Counted from the stretch's first letter, positions 28,584 to 38,936 are shown. The stretch is 64,000 nucleotides of DNA from Gammaproteobacteria bacterium (GCA_963662545.2 CAXXLL010000002.1:2368001-2432000), one strand, 5' to 3'. The notes: generated by a model not told the origin, from the letters alone. Numbers and translations: made by a program.

Positions 28584-29315
28584 GTGAAACTGCGGGATTT
28601 CGATCACTGGCTGCTGCTCATTTGGTTACTGATTACGGGGCTCATTGTCTTCGGGCTCGTCGTAAGTTGGCATGAAAGCCTGCTGCAAACGCTTTTCGCC
28701 ACCGATAAGAGCCGTATATCGCTCCTGATCGGGCTGCTCTATTTCCTGGGCACCGCACATTGTGCAAAGCGCACCGCATATCTTGCCGCCGAAATAGACA
28801 TCGTTGCACGCGTGGACAATGCGGTCGGCGCACAAGCCGCACCCGTTCAGTTCGACGGGGACAGCATCAGAATCCAGGGGCAGGGGGTATCGACCGATAG
28901 CATTCTCGGCGGCCACCTCATCGCGCTTTCCGGCACGCGGCGGGGTGCTGAGGCTCGTGTCCAAGACTCTGAGCACTCTACTCTCGTCGACGTACTCGTT
29001 TCGCAGGCTAAGGGCTCCCACGATATCGGTTGGTTCGTCGTCGATATCCTGTTGAAGCTCGGCCTTATCGGTACCATCGTCGGCTTTATTCTGATGATGA
29101 GTTCGGTCGCTGATACCGCCTCGCTCGACGTCAACACGATGCAAAAGGTGCTCAAGCAGATGAGTGCGGGAATGGGTACGGCCTTGTTCACAACCTTGGC
29201 CGGATTGACCGGCAGCATCTTACTCGGCCTGCAGTACCTGCTGCTCGACAAAGGCGCTGATTTACTCATTGAACGAATATTGAGACTTTCGGAATCGCGT
29301 CTGTTGCTACCGTGA
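28584..29315 (+). CDS. MotA/TolQ/ExbB proton-channel family protein
   Basis: LGLIGTIVGFILMM...GMGTALFTTLAGL; GTG start at 28584 preferred over 28419. Confidence 0.85.
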   Translation: MKLRDFDHWLLLIWLLITGLIVFGLVVSWHESLLQTLFATDKSRISLLIGLLYFLGTAHCAKRTAYLAAEIDIVARVDNAVGAQAAPVQFDGDSIRIQGQGVSTDSILGGHLIALSGTRRGAEARVQDSEHSTLVDVLVSQAKGSHDIGWFVVDILLKLGLIGTIVGFILMMSSVADTASLDVNTMQKVLKQMSAGMGTALFTTLAGLTGSILLGLQYLLLDKGADLLIERILRLSESRLLLP

Positions 29316-29319
29316 CTAG

Positions 29320-29576
29320 CCCGCATATTGCACGAAGGCGGCCGCAGCGCTCGGAGAAGTGATTGAGAAAACAGGATAATTCAAGCCATTCGACGATGTT
29401 CGAACAAGTCGCAATGGGTACCGCCACTTGCAGCCTACGACGGCGCCGGCTGGTCCATGCACGCCCGGACTCAGGTCAAGCTCTCGCCATAGCGACAGCT
29501 CTGACTCGAGTTCCAGACCGGCGTCCAGACGCACCTGTCCTCAGCCGGCACCGCCGTACTTCATGCAATATGCGGG
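29320..29576. mobile_element. MITE family E
   Basis: TIRs CCCGCATATTGCACGAAG / CTTCATGCAATATGCGGG with perfect CTAG duplication. Confidence 0.85.
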
Positions 29577-29595
29577 CTAGCTGAACATATCCAAG

Positions 29596-30201
29596 ATGGC
29601 ATTCGGCAACAGTTGGCAATCCATTCGCAAGGGCTCTGATCCCTTTACTGATCTACTATTCAACGCCTTACTCGGATTCACCTACCTGTTTCTTATTGCG
29701 ATCATGTTCATGAATCCGGTCGCGAAAAAAGGCATTATCGATCCGAAGGCCGAATACATCATTACCATCGGGTGGCCCGACAATAATCCGGACGACATCG
29801 ACACCTGGGTCGAGGACCCCAGCGGCAACGTGATCTGGTTCCGCAACCGCGAGGCGGGATTGATTCATCTCGACCGCGACGATCGCGGTATAGTCAACGA
29901 CACGATCGTTATCAATGGAACGGAAATCCAGAATCCCTTGAACCAGGAGGTGGTGACCATTCGCGGCGTCGTACCGGGCGAATACGTCATTAACCTTCAC
30001 TACTATGCGACCGAGACCAACAAACCCGTAAAGACAACGGTCAAGGTGGCCAAGGTCAATCCGGCACTGGAAATCGTTTATTATGGCGACACGGTGCTGG
30101 ACGAGAAGGGAGACGAAAAAACTGCCGTGCGTTTCGTCATTGATAAATCCGGCCGCGTCGATCAGATCAGTCATATTTTTAAAAGCCTCGTGATCTTCTA
30201 G
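29596..30201 (+). CDS. Single-TM protein with ExbD/MotB-like Asp and YfaP/DUF2135-like periplasmic domain
   Basis: DPFTDLLFNALLGF TM; DDIDTWVEDPSG, LDRDDRG, PGEYVINLHYY. Confidence 0.7.
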   Translation: MAFGNSWQSIRKGSDPFTDLLFNALLGFTYLFLIAIMFMNPVAKKGIIDPKAEYIITIGWPDNNPDDIDTWVEDPSGNVIWFRNREAGLIHLDRDDRGIVNDTIVINGTEIQNPLNQEVVTIRGVVPGEYVINLHYYATETNKPVKTTVKVAKVNPALEIVYYGDTVLDEKGDEKTAVRFVIDKSGRVDQISHIFKSLVIF

Positions 30202-30356
30202 CAGGCTGATGAAAACCGTTTTCATTTGTGTTTCCGGGGTATGGACATATCGGCGGCTGTTGCACACACCGGTGCTCAACGAATTGAACGCGTGGGGACC
30301 CGCGTCACCGCGTCTTGTCGTGTGAAAATATCGAGACTACAATTTTTATCGACGCC
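30202..30356. mobile_element. Degenerate MITE remnant (family C-like)
   Basis: Starts CAGGCTGATGAAAA right after a CTAG stop; poor right TIR. Confidence 0.35.
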
Positions 30357-30379
30357 TTAACTCTTGAGGAGCAGCCAGA

Positions 30380-30901
30380 TTGGTTTTACTAGGGCAATCC
30401 GGACTCATCAGCGCATATATCATCATCGCCCTGTTGCTCGTCAGCCTGAACCTGTACACGCAGTGGTCATGGCGCGTCAAAGCGTCTTTGATCGTGATCG
30501 TTTCCGGATTCTATTTGGTCACGTATTTTTCGCTGCCGCCCTTGCTCGGCTGGCCGACCGACGACACGCTTCCGCAACGCTTCAACCTGGTGGCCATTTA
30601 TGTCCAGGAACCGGACAAATCGACCGGGGCAGAAGGCGAGATTTTCCTTTGGGCGACGGATATGGCCAAAGGACCGCGAGGCGCCGAACCCCGCGCGTAT
30701 CGGGTGCCCTTTACCGGCGCGTTACATGCCAAGGTTGTCGAGGCCGGCAATAAAATCCGCAAAGGTCTCCCGCAACTCGGAGAAATCAGTGAAGAACAAG
30801 TCGGACCCCACGCGCGGCCTACCGATGCGACACAGGGCGGACAAAAGAGCGTGGCAATTGAGTTTTTCGACCTCCCCGATCCCTTATTTCCCGAGAAATG
30901 A
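30380..30901 (+). CDS. Two-TM hypothetical membrane protein
   Basis: Two N-terminal TMs; LLGWP, EP..., IFLW, PRAYRVPF. Confidence 0.72.
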   Translation: MVLLGQSGLISAYIIIALLLVSLNLYTQWSWRVKASLIVIVSGFYLVTYFSLPPLLGWPTDDTLPQRFNLVAIYVQEPDKSTGAEGEIFLWATDMAKGPRGAEPRAYRVPFTGALHAKVVEAGNKIRKGLPQLGEISEEQVGPHARPTDATQGGQKSVAIEFFDLPDPLFPEK

Positions 30902-32472
30902 GGCCCGCGTCTCCGACAAGCAAGCGGGTGTCCGGGACGGATGATCGGAATCCTACGATCGTTCGGAACCCACGAGTCGGTCGTGCAAGTCTCGTGTGCG
31001 TATGTGGCATTCTCGCCGCGATCAGCGGCACGCTTTGGGCAGCGACACTTACCGAACACATGGACATCGCGTGCCTGCAAGACGAATCGCTAAAGCTGAA
31101 TTGCTCGTACCGACTACTTGCCGCAGGGGAATTGAGTTCCGCGGTTGCCGAACTCAACGGACAAGTTGTTGAAGGACGCATCACGACTCGCTATCCGGGA
31201 GATGCCGATACGATCGCCATTCTCATTCTCATCGACACGAGCGATCCGGCGCGACAGCCCGTCATCGAAAAGAATATCTCTCATATTGACGCACTACTGG
31301 ACGTTGCAGCACCCCACCACCGATTTGCGCTCGCTACGTTCGACACCGATCTCTATCTGCTCGCACCCGTAGGCAGTTCGAATGACGAAGTGCGAGAAGG
31401 CGCGCAAGGGATTCACGCCAAGGGGAAGACGACTGAATTGTACCGTAACGTTCTCGAAGCAGTGCGTATGATCGGTAAAAGCCAGGCCGATCGAAAAGTA
31501 CTTCTCATCATGTCCGACGGCTTGGCTGAAGACTACGCCTACCACCACGAAGACGTCGTCCCATTGGCGCGCGATTACGGTGTCATCATTAACAGTATCG
31601 GCTATCCGAGGTCCGTAGCAAAATCCGTCGCCTTACAGACGGTCAGGCGTTTGAGCGACGAGACCGGCGGTATCTACGTACAGGCAGATCACGTCGATTA
31701 CTCTATCCCGCCGGGGTTTTTCACCCGCATGCTCACGGCGCTGGACTCGGGCGGCACACTGGAGTTCGACTTGCGCCCACTGGCCAAACTGGGCGGCGCG
31801 GGAACGGTCGACCTCTCGCTCGGATTTCAGACCAGGGACCAAAGTTTTCTCGTGCTTGCGCCGGTCGTCTTTCCGCAGGCCGTCGGTATCATCCATCCTG
31901 CCGATGCCACCGCCGTGTCAGCGGGATCCGATAGCACGGCCGCTAGCGTCCCGACGGCGCTGTCTTATCCACCCTTGAGACCTGCGGCGACGGTACCGGC
32001 GCGCCCCCTGTGGTCATGGCTCTTGGTATTGGTCGTGCTGCTGGTCTTAATCCTCGCAGTGGTCGTGACCCTGTTCTTTCGCATACGGCGCTCCGAGGGG
32101 GAATCAGCCGGCGCCCCGCATCTGAATCCGCTTGCCTACCTCATCCCGCTCGGCGATGGCGAAACTCGGCACACCGTCGACAAGACCCCGTGGCGAATCG
32201 GCCGCGGCCGCAATAATGATCTCGTCCTCTCCGATCATTCGGTTTCGCGGCTGCATGCAGAAATACGCCAGAATGAAGAAGGTGCGCTGACCTTGAACGA
32301 CCTCGATTCACTGAACGGCGTCTTCGTTAACGACAACCGCGTTGATAGTATTCAGCTGCGGGAAGGCGACGAAGTCGATATCGGTGATGTACGGCTCAAT
32401 TTCACCCTCCACGACGAAAGTTATGCCGATCAGGATGCCACGGTAGTCTTGCGGACACATACGCCCGTGTAA
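30898..32472 (+). CDS. vWA-TM-FHA membrane protein
   Basis: LIDTS, KTTELY, MSDG (vWA); Pro/Ala linker; TM; IGRGRNND..VSRLHAEI..DLDSLNGVFVN (FHA). Confidence 0.85.
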   Translation: MRPASPTSKRVSGTDDRNPTIVRNPRVGRASLVCVCGILAAISGTLWAATLTEHMDIACLQDESLKLNCSYRLLAAGELSSAVAELNGQVVEGRITTRYPGDADTIAILILIDTSDPARQPVIEKNISHIDALLDVAAPHHRFALATFDTDLYLLAPVGSSNDEVREGAQGIHAKGKTTELYRNVLEAVRMIGKSQADRKVLLIMSDGLAEDYAYHHEDVVPLARDYGVIINSIGYPRSVAKSVALQTVRRLSDETGGIYVQADHVDYSIPPGFFTRMLTALDSGGTLEFDLRPLAKLGGAGTVDLSLGFQTRDQSFLVLAPVVFPQAVGIIHPADATAVSAGSDSTAASVPTALSYPPLRPAATVPARPLWSWLLVLVVLLVLILAVVVTLFFRIRRSEGESAGAPHLNPLAYLIPLGDGETRHTVDKTPWRIGRGRNNDLVLSDHSVSRLHAEIRQNEEGALTLNDLDSLNGVFVNDNRVDSIQLREGDEVDIGDVRLNFTLHDESYADQDATVVLRTHTPV

Positions 32473-32496
32473 ACCGTATCTGCACACCAGTCGGTC

Positions 32497-32533
32497 TATT
32501 GCACGAAGGCGGGCAAGCGCGCTTACGGGCTAG
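32497..32533. mobile_element. Remnant of MITE family E at the tilS stop
   Basis: TATTGCACGAAGGCGG identical to 29326-29341; ends CGGGCTAG. Confidence 0.5.
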
Positions 32534-33930
32534 AAATGCCCATTCGGCATCGTGTAAATATTCAGATCCCATACGAGTTCGACCGCCCCGGCTTCGGCGC
32601 GGAAGCCTCTGCATATACAGTGCGATCCAACGGCAGCCAGATGATCGTCAACGAAGATCAGCGGCGTCAGGTCTCGCTCCCAGGGCGGGACTTGCCATTC
32701 CTGAAACAGTTTCTTCAGTTTCTGGCTGTGCGTCCGCGCCGCCGGATGGCACCGTTCGCCGCCGCCTCGAAATCCAACCGAGACCGCTGCGTCTTTAATG
32801 GCCGCCGAATCAAGACCCTCGGCAGGTGCCGGTCGGGTCGATAAGCTGCCCCAAGGGAATCGCAATTCGGTGCGTGGATCCCAAGGAATAGTTTCGCAAC
32901 CGGGTTGCGCAATGAAATCCCGCATGAGATACAAGCGATTACGATAGCGTCTCAGCTGGCATTCCTTCCAGCGGATCAGCGGGCCGGCATCCTCCCGCGC
33001 CGGCAGCATACGTTCGAATATCTGCGCTAAGTGCCGCCGACCTGGCACGCCGCCCCCCGCCCGCACAAGCCAGCGCTTGAGTACGAATGGCCGCAATTCC
33101 GGTTCGAACTGGAGCAGGGTGGCGGTGTCCAGCTGTGACGAGCGGCATCCGGCTGCATCGAGCGCCCGATCTGCAATCCTGTCGAGGGCGTTCGCGAGTT
33201 CAGCTTGTAGACCCGCCGTTTGTCGCAAATTTTCAACGGCGCCGGGAAATCCTTGCTCTAACATCGGAACGATACGTCGGCGAAGGTAGTTTCGAGCGTG
33301 GCGCTCGTCGCGATTGCTGTGATCCTCAATCCATTCCATTCCCTCGCGTTCGGCATAAAGCTCAAGATCACGTTTTCTGGAATCGATCAGAGGCCGAGCG
33401 AGGAAACCTTTATCGAACCGCCGCAGCGGTCGAATCCCGGACAGTCCATGTGGGCCCGCACCACGTAGAGCATGGTGCAACAAGGTTTCAATGTGATCGT
33501 CAAGGTGATGAGCAGTCAACACACAGGTGCGTCGGTCAACCATCGAGCGGAAAATACGATAACGCTCTTCGCGCGCCCATTCCTCCATGCTGGCGCCGTG
33601 GGGCACCTTGCCGTCGAGCGCAACGGTTTCGAAGGCTACCCCCAGATGGTCGGCGACGCGCCGGCAATGTTCGACCCATTGAGCACTGTCAGCCTGGAGA
33701 CGATGATCGATGTGGACCGCGCGAACTTCGACCCCGCGCGTCCGGGCGTAGTCGCTTGCCAGATGAAACAAAACCGAGGAATCAACGCCGCCGCTGAATC
33801 CAATTAAAAATCGATCGCAATGGGACTGTTCAACGATATGATCGAGCTTATCGAAAGCGTTCGGATCAATGACGTCATCGTATAGTGCGAATAGGCCTCC
33901 TACGGAACCTCTGAATAAGTCATGGCCCAT
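32530..33930 (-). CDS. tilS: tRNA(Ile)-lysidine synthase (start anomalous)
   Basis: FSGGVDS, AREERY, TAHHLDD, RPL, RNYLR, LKKLFQEWQVPPWER. Confidence 0.92.
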   Translation of the reverse strand: MGHDLFRGSVGGLFALYDDVIDPNAFDKLDHIVEQSHCDRFLIGFSGGVDSSVLFHLASDYARTRGVEVRAVHIDHRLQADSAQWVEHCRRVADHLGVAFETVALDGKVPHGASMEEWAREERYRIFRSMVDRRTCVLTAHHLDDHIETLLHHALRGAGPHGLSGIRPLRRFDKGFLARPLIDSRKRDLELYAEREGMEWIEDHSNRDERHARNYLRRRIVPMLEQGFPGAVENLRQTAGLQAELANALDRIADRALDAAGCRSSQLDTATLLQFEPELRPFVLKRWLVRAGGGVPGRRHLAQIFERMLPAREDAGPLIRWKECQLRRYRNRLYLMRDFIAQPGCETIPWDPRTELRFPWGSLSTRPAPAEGLDSAAIKDAAVSVGFRGGGERCHPAARTHSQKLKKLFQEWQVPPWERDLTPLIFVDDHLAAVGSHCICRGFRAEAGAVELVWDLNIYTMPNGHF

Positions 33931-34139
33931 CTGCCTTGCCCATGCAATCGTGGAGCCTTACGTTACGAACCTTAGCCCTAGTCTCCGCTATGGCCAATGA
34001 CGCGATTGCGTGCCTTGACATCTGCTCATGCAATCGTGGAGCTTATGAGCCCTAGTCTCCGCTATGGCCTGCGATTCGTGCCTTGACCTGCTCCATTGCA
34101 TGAACCATTCAGACGCACCATCACTTATTCAGAGGTTCC
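33904..34139. mobile_element. MITE family A, copy 3 (internally duplicated)
   Basis: Both TIRs intact; flanks CTAC/CTAA; internal segment CATGCAATCGTGGAGC..GCCCTAGTCTCCGCTATGGCC repeated. Confidence 0.88.
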
Positions 34140-34170
34140 CTAAGTGATTACGAAACAAGCTCCGTCGGCT

Positions 34171-35160
34171 TCAACGTTCCGAATACTGCCCCATGGCAGT
34201 CAATCGCGAGCGTCGGGCAAGCACCAGTTCCTCGGGATTCATCATGGATAAATCCTTGAGGGCTGATTCAATAGACGCAGCAAGTTTTGATGCCGCGGCA
34301 TCAACGTCGCGGTGGGCTCCGCCGAGGGGTTCATCGATGATTTCATCGATCACACCCAGGTCATCCAGGCTAGCCGACGTAATACGCATCGCTTCGGCGG
34401 CCTCCTCCGCCTTCTCCGCGCTTTTCCAGAGAATCGAGGCGCAACCTTCAGGCGAAATTACCGCGTAGATCGCGTACTTCATCATGAGCACGCGATCGGC
34501 GACCCCGATCGCGAGTGCGCCGCCGGATCCGCCTTCACCGATCACGGCCGTCACGATCGGCGTCTTCAAGCCCGACATCGCCATGAGATTACATGCGATG
34601 GCCTCGCTTTGCCCGCGTTCTTCCGCATCGATTCCCGGATAGGCCCCGGGGGTATCGATAAACGTAATGATCGGCAATCGAAATCGTTCGCCAAGCTTCA
34701 TAATTCTGAGCGCCTTGCGATATCCCTCGGGACGCGGCATACCGAAATTACGCTGCAGGTTCTGCTTCGTGCTACGCCCTTTCTGATGCCCGATAAAAGC
34801 AATACTGCGGCCGTTCATCCTCCCGATGCCCGAAACAATGGCGGGATCGTCGGCAAACATACGATCGCCATGCAGCTCGTGTATGTCTTCGAATAATCGG
34901 TGGACATAGTCCAGGGTATAAGGGCGCCTGGGATGGCGCGCCAACTTTGCAATCTGCCAAGGAGACAGTTTTGAAAATATCTGGCGTGTCAATTCTTCCG
35001 ACCGCGTCCTAAGCCTGTCGATCTCTTCGGAAATGTTGATTTTGGAATCGTGGCCCACCAGCCTAAGTTCTTCAATCTTGGCTTCGAGTTCGGCGATCGG
35101 TTGTTCAAAATCGAGAAAATCCAGATTTAGCTGCGCTTGTTGCATTTCGTTTTCGGCCAT
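34171..35160 (-). CDS. accA: Acetyl-CoA carboxylase carboxyltransferase alpha
   Basis: [36 protein letters not shown]. Confidence 0.97.
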   Translation of the reverse strand: MAENEMQQAQLNLDFLDFEQPIAELEAKIEELRLVGHDSKINISEEIDRLRTRSEELTRQIFSKLSPWQIAKLARHPRRPYTLDYVHRLFEDIHELHGDRMFADDPAIVSGIGRMNGRSIAFIGHQKGRSTKQNLQRNFGMPRPEGYRKALRIMKLGERFRLPIITFIDTPGAYPGIDAEERGQSEAIACNLMAMSGLKTPIVTAVIGEGGSGGALAIGVADRVLMMKYAIYAVISPEGCASILWKSAEKAEEAAEAMRITSASLDDLGVIDEIIDEPLGGAHRDVDAAASKLAASIESALKDLSMMNPEELVLARRSRLTAMGQYSER

Positions 35161-35199
35161 AACTCGCTTCTACCTGCTTGCTTTATCGTCCGCAGTACC

Positions 35200-35464
35200 A
35201 GAACCTATCTCAGACTTATTCGCCTGTGCGTTATGCGTGGGCACGCGATGGCGAGGCGCAATGCGCAGGACTGAGTTGCTCTATGCACAAGCGCTGCAAC
35301 GAAGCCAGCGCGCGGCCACGCCAAACCCGAGGCCTATGGCCATTTTCGCGCATTTCGGCATCGTTCGTCGCTCATTTAGCTTATGCTTTGCCACGCCCCT
35401 CGCGCCTTGATACTCGGCGAAAATGGCCCCCGGCGCACACGTGGATAATTTTGAGATAAGTTCT
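35200..35464. mobile_element. MITE family D
   Basis: TIRs AGAACCTATCTCA / TGAGATAAGTTCT; right end overlaps the dnaE stop; second right end at 60196-60217. Confidence 0.72.
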
Positions 35465-38400
35465 AATACTCGACTTCGACCTGCCGATCGCCAAATTGCT
35501 CCCTAAGTCCGTCCAGCAGCGTATCGGTCGCATTGACACGCCATTTCTCGCCTAATTGTAAGCGAGCCCTGCAACCCGAGCGTAAATACTCAACCGCGAT
35601 CGGACACCGACCGTTGCCGTAATTCTCGATCAGCAACTGCAAACTTGTGACGAAACCATTATTCAGATCGGGCTCAGAAACGTTCACTACCAGAGCCCGG
35701 GCATGGCGGTTGCGCGCTTCTTCCATCGTGATAATTTCGTCCGCCTGCAGGCTATGGTCCCCGGTGAAATCGTCAACATCGCAATTTCCCTCTATGACGA
35801 CGATATGATCCGTGACGAGTTTGTGCAGGTAGCGTTCGAATGCTTCCCGGTAAACCGTGACCTCGATGCGCGCGGTCTTGTCGTCGAGCGAGGCCACGGC
35901 CATGCGCCCGTTTCGTGTCTTGACGATCCTAACCGATATGACCAGCCCGGCGACACGCTTGCGCCCAGGCCTTAATTCACTCAACGTACAACTCGCGAAC
36001 GCCGACAATTCGTCTGCGTAGCGGTCGATGGGGTGGCCGCTGAGATAAAGGCCCAGCGTTTCCTTTTCACACGCGAGCAGTTCGTCTTGCGACCATTCTC
36101 TGACGCCGCTCGCGTATTGGAGATCAGACGAATATGGGGCGCCTTCGTCGCCTGTCGTTGTCGCAAGTCCGAAGAAATCACTCTGCCCCGATACGGTCGC
36201 CTTCATATGCTGCTCCGTGATCTGCAGTACGCGGTCCACGGTCGCCATCAGCACCGGCCTGCTCCGCCCGAAACAGTCGAGTGCGCCTGCTTTGATCAGT
36301 GCTTCGAGCGCGCGGCGATTGATCCGCTTCTCGCAGTTACGCCTACACAAATCGAGAATGTCCCGGTAATCACCATGCTGCAGTCGCTCGGAAACAATGG
36401 AATCAATGGCCGCTTCGCCCACGCCTTTAACAGCCCCAAGACCGTAGCGAATAGCGGGGCCATCGGCGATGCTAAAGCGAAAGTTACACTGGTTGACGTC
36501 GGGGGCCGTAACGGCGATGCCCATCAACCGACACTCCTCTATTAATTTGACGACTTTGTCGGTCGAATCCATGTCCGCAGACAGTACCGCTGCCATGAAC
36601 GCGGCCGGGTAGTGTGTCTTCAACCATGCGGTCTGGTAAGCTACGAGCGCGTAGGCTGCAGAATGCGACTTATTAAAACCGTAGCCGGCAAATTTTTCCA
36701 TCAAGTCGAAAATGAACATCGCGTCGCTTTCCAAAATGCCATTGTCAGCCGCGCCCTTGACGAATATCTCACGTTGCTGAGCCATCTCTTCGAGCTTTTT
36801 CTTCCCCATAGCTCGTCTTAGGAGGTCCGCCGCCCCCAGCGTGTATCCCGCGAGCACACGAGCGATTTGCATCACCTGTTCCTGATACAAGATCACGCCA
36901 TGGGTGGATTTGAGAATCGGCTCCAGAGCAGGATCGGGATACCTGACGGCGGCGCGGCCGTGTTTCCGGTCAATATAATCGTCCACCATGCCAGACTGGA
37001 GAGGACCGGGACGAAACAATGCGACGAGGGCGATCATGTCTTCGAATGAATCGGGATGTAGCCGTTTGATGAGTTCTTTCATGCCCCTCGATTCCAATTG
37101 AAATACAGCCGTGGTACGCGCACTTTGAACCAGCTTGAAGGTAGCTTGGTCGTTTAACGGAATTTTGCCGATTTCGATTGCATCCTCGTTGGCTGCTTTA
37201 CGGGCTTCGTTGATGTCCCGCATCGCCCAATCGATGATCGTCAAGGTGCGCAAACCCAGAAGATCAAACTTGACCAGACCGATCGCCTCGACGTCGCCCA
37301 TGTCGAACTGGGTAACCATCACTTCACTTCCCTGCTCGCAATAAAGCGGCATGTATTCAGTGAGTGGAGCAGGAGCGATTACGATGCCGCCGGCGTGCTT
37401 CCCTGCGTTCCGGCTGAGCCCCTCCAGTTCCAGGGATAGTTCGATGATTCCCTGGACGTCCTCTTCGTCTTCATATCGCTTGCGGAGTGCCGGTTCCTCG
37501 TCCAGCGCCCGATTCAGGGTCATCTGCGTATCAAACGGTATCAATTTTGCGAGCTGATCTACGAATCCGTATGGAAAACCCAGGACGCGCCCCACGTCTC
37601 TCACGACTGCCTTTGCGGCCATCGTACCGTGCGTGATGATCTGTGCGACCCGATCACGGCCATAGCGCGTGGTGACGTATTCGATAACTTCATCACGCCG
37701 GTCCATGCAGAAGTCGATATCGAAATCCGGCATGGAAATGCGTTCCGGATTAAGGAAACGTTCAAACAATAGATCGTATTCGATCGGATTCAGCTCAGTA
37801 ATGCCAAGCGCGAAAGCGGCCAGTGAACCGGCGCCTGAACCCCGCCCGGGACCGACTGGAATGCGGTGTTCTTTGGCCCATTCGATGAAATCAGCCACGA
37901 TAAGAAAGTATCCCGAAAAACCCATGGTCTGGATGACGTCGAGCTCGTGCTCAAGACGCCGGGTATAGCTCTCCCGCTCGTCAGCCTTTTGTTGGTTTTT
38001 CTTTATCGCGCCGGAAACAAACCTCTGCTCAAGTCCGATCGCCGTTTTTTCGTGCAGCAATTCGTCGATCGACAAGTCATTTGCAACTGGGTATGACGGA
38101 AGGTGATATTTGCCGAGTTCGAGCTCGAGATTGCACCGAATAGCGATATTCACTGAATTAGCGAGCGCTTCGGGCACGTCAGAGAAAAGCTCGCACATCT
38201 CTTCTTCCGAGCGAAAATACTGATTTGGCGAATACTCCCGCGGACGCCGGGGATCAGCAAGAGTTCGTCCCTCGTGGATGCAGACCCGCGCCTCATGGGC
38301 GTCAAATTCATCGGATCCGAGAAATCTTACGTCGTTGGTCGCGACGACGGGTACGGCGGATGTCTGCGCGCAGTTCAGCGCTGCATCGATGTATCGTTCT

Positions 38401-38936
38401 TCGCGCTCGCGCCCCGTGCGGGTCAATTCAATGTAGTACCGATCGCCGAACAATTGTCGCCAGTGATCGATTCTCTTCGTCAATTGATCGCCCCTCCCTT
38501 CGTTCAGCAGGGACCCGAGGTCACCCGCAGTACCTGCTGAAAGGGCTATCAAACCGGTAACGGCGTCTTGCTTGAGCCAGGATTCATCCACCGCGGCGAC
38601 GCCACCGCGCTGGCCGAAGCGGTAGGCTTGCGTGATGAGGTTGCTGAGATTGCGGTACCCTTCGATGTTCTGGCAAAGCAGTACGAGTTTGAATTTACTC
38701 AGTGATCCAACGTGGCCGGAAATCCACAACTCCGCTCCAGCGATCGGCTTGATACCGGCGCGGCGCGCCGCCTGATATAACTTCGGGAGCGCGAACACGT
38801 TGCTTTGATCTGTTACGGCCACCGCCGGCATACTCAATTCGACACAACGTTCGACGAGCCGCGGAATGCGTACCAGCCCGTCTACGAGCGAGTATTCGCT
38901 GTGCACGTGCAGATGGACGAAGCGCGGTTCGATCAT
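35463..38936 (-). CDS. dnaE: DNA polymerase III alpha subunit
   Basis: FVHLHVHSEYSL, GPGRGSGAGS, SMPDFDIDF, YGFNKSHS; ATG 38936 overlaps the rnhB stop. Confidence 0.97.
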   Translation of the reverse strand: MIEPRFVHLHVHSEYSLVDGLVRIPRLVERCVELSMPAVAVTDQSNVFALPKLYQAARRAGIKPIAGAELWISGHVGSLSKFKLVLLCQNIEGYRNLSNLITQAYRFGQRGGVAAVDESWLKQDAVTGLIALSAGTAGDLGSLLNEGRGDQLTKRIDHWRQLFGDRYYIELTRTGREREERYIDAALNCAQTSAVPVVATNDVRFLGSDEFDAHEARVCIHEGRTLADPRRPREYSPNQYFRSEEEMCELFSDVPEALANSVNIAIRCNLELELGKYHLPSYPVANDLSIDELLHEKTAIGLEQRFVSGAIKKNQQKADERESYTRRLEHELDVIQTMGFSGYFLIVADFIEWAKEHRIPVGPGRGSGAGSLAAFALGITELNPIEYDLLFERFLNPERISMPDFDIDFCMDRRDEVIEYVTTRYGRDRVAQIITHGTMAAKAVVRDVGRVLGFPYGFVDQLAKLIPFDTQMTLNRALDEEPALRKRYEDEEDVQGIIELSLELEGLSRNAGKHAGGIVIAPAPLTEYMPLYCEQGSEVMVTQFDMGDVEAIGLVKFDLLGLRTLTIIDWAMRDINEARKAANEDAIEIGKIPLNDQATFKLVQSARTTAVFQLESRGMKELIKRLHPDSFEDMIALVALFRPGPLQSGMVDDYIDRKHGRAAVRYPDPALEPILKSTHGVILYQEQVMQIARVLAGYTLGAADLLRRAMGKKKLEEMAQQREIFVKGAADNGILESDAMFIFDLMEKFAGYGFNKSHSAAYALVAYQTAWLKTHYPAAFMAAVLSADMDSTDKVVKLIEECRLMGIAVTAPDVNQCNFRFSIADGPAIRYGLGAVKGVGEAAIDSIVSERLQHGDYRDILDLCRRNCEKRINRRALEALIKAGALDCFGRSRPVLMATVDRVLQITEQHMKATVSGQSDFFGLATTTGDEGAPYSSDLQYASGVREWSQDELLACEKETLGLYLSGHPIDRYADELSAFASCTLSELRPGRKRVAGLVISVRIVKTRNGRMAVASLDDKTARIEVTVYREAFERYLHKLVTDHIVVIEGNCDVDDFTGDHSLQADEIITMEEARNRHARALVVNVSEPDLNNGFVTSLQLLIENYGNGRCPIAVEYLRSGCRARLQLGEKWRVNATDTLLDGLREQFGDRQVEVEY

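Noticed and set aside
28584-30901. Zorya defence system or canonical ExbBD/TolQR/MotAB
   Set aside because: No long ZorA tail, no OmpA-like domain, and no zorC/D/E, tonB, tolA/B or flagellar genes.
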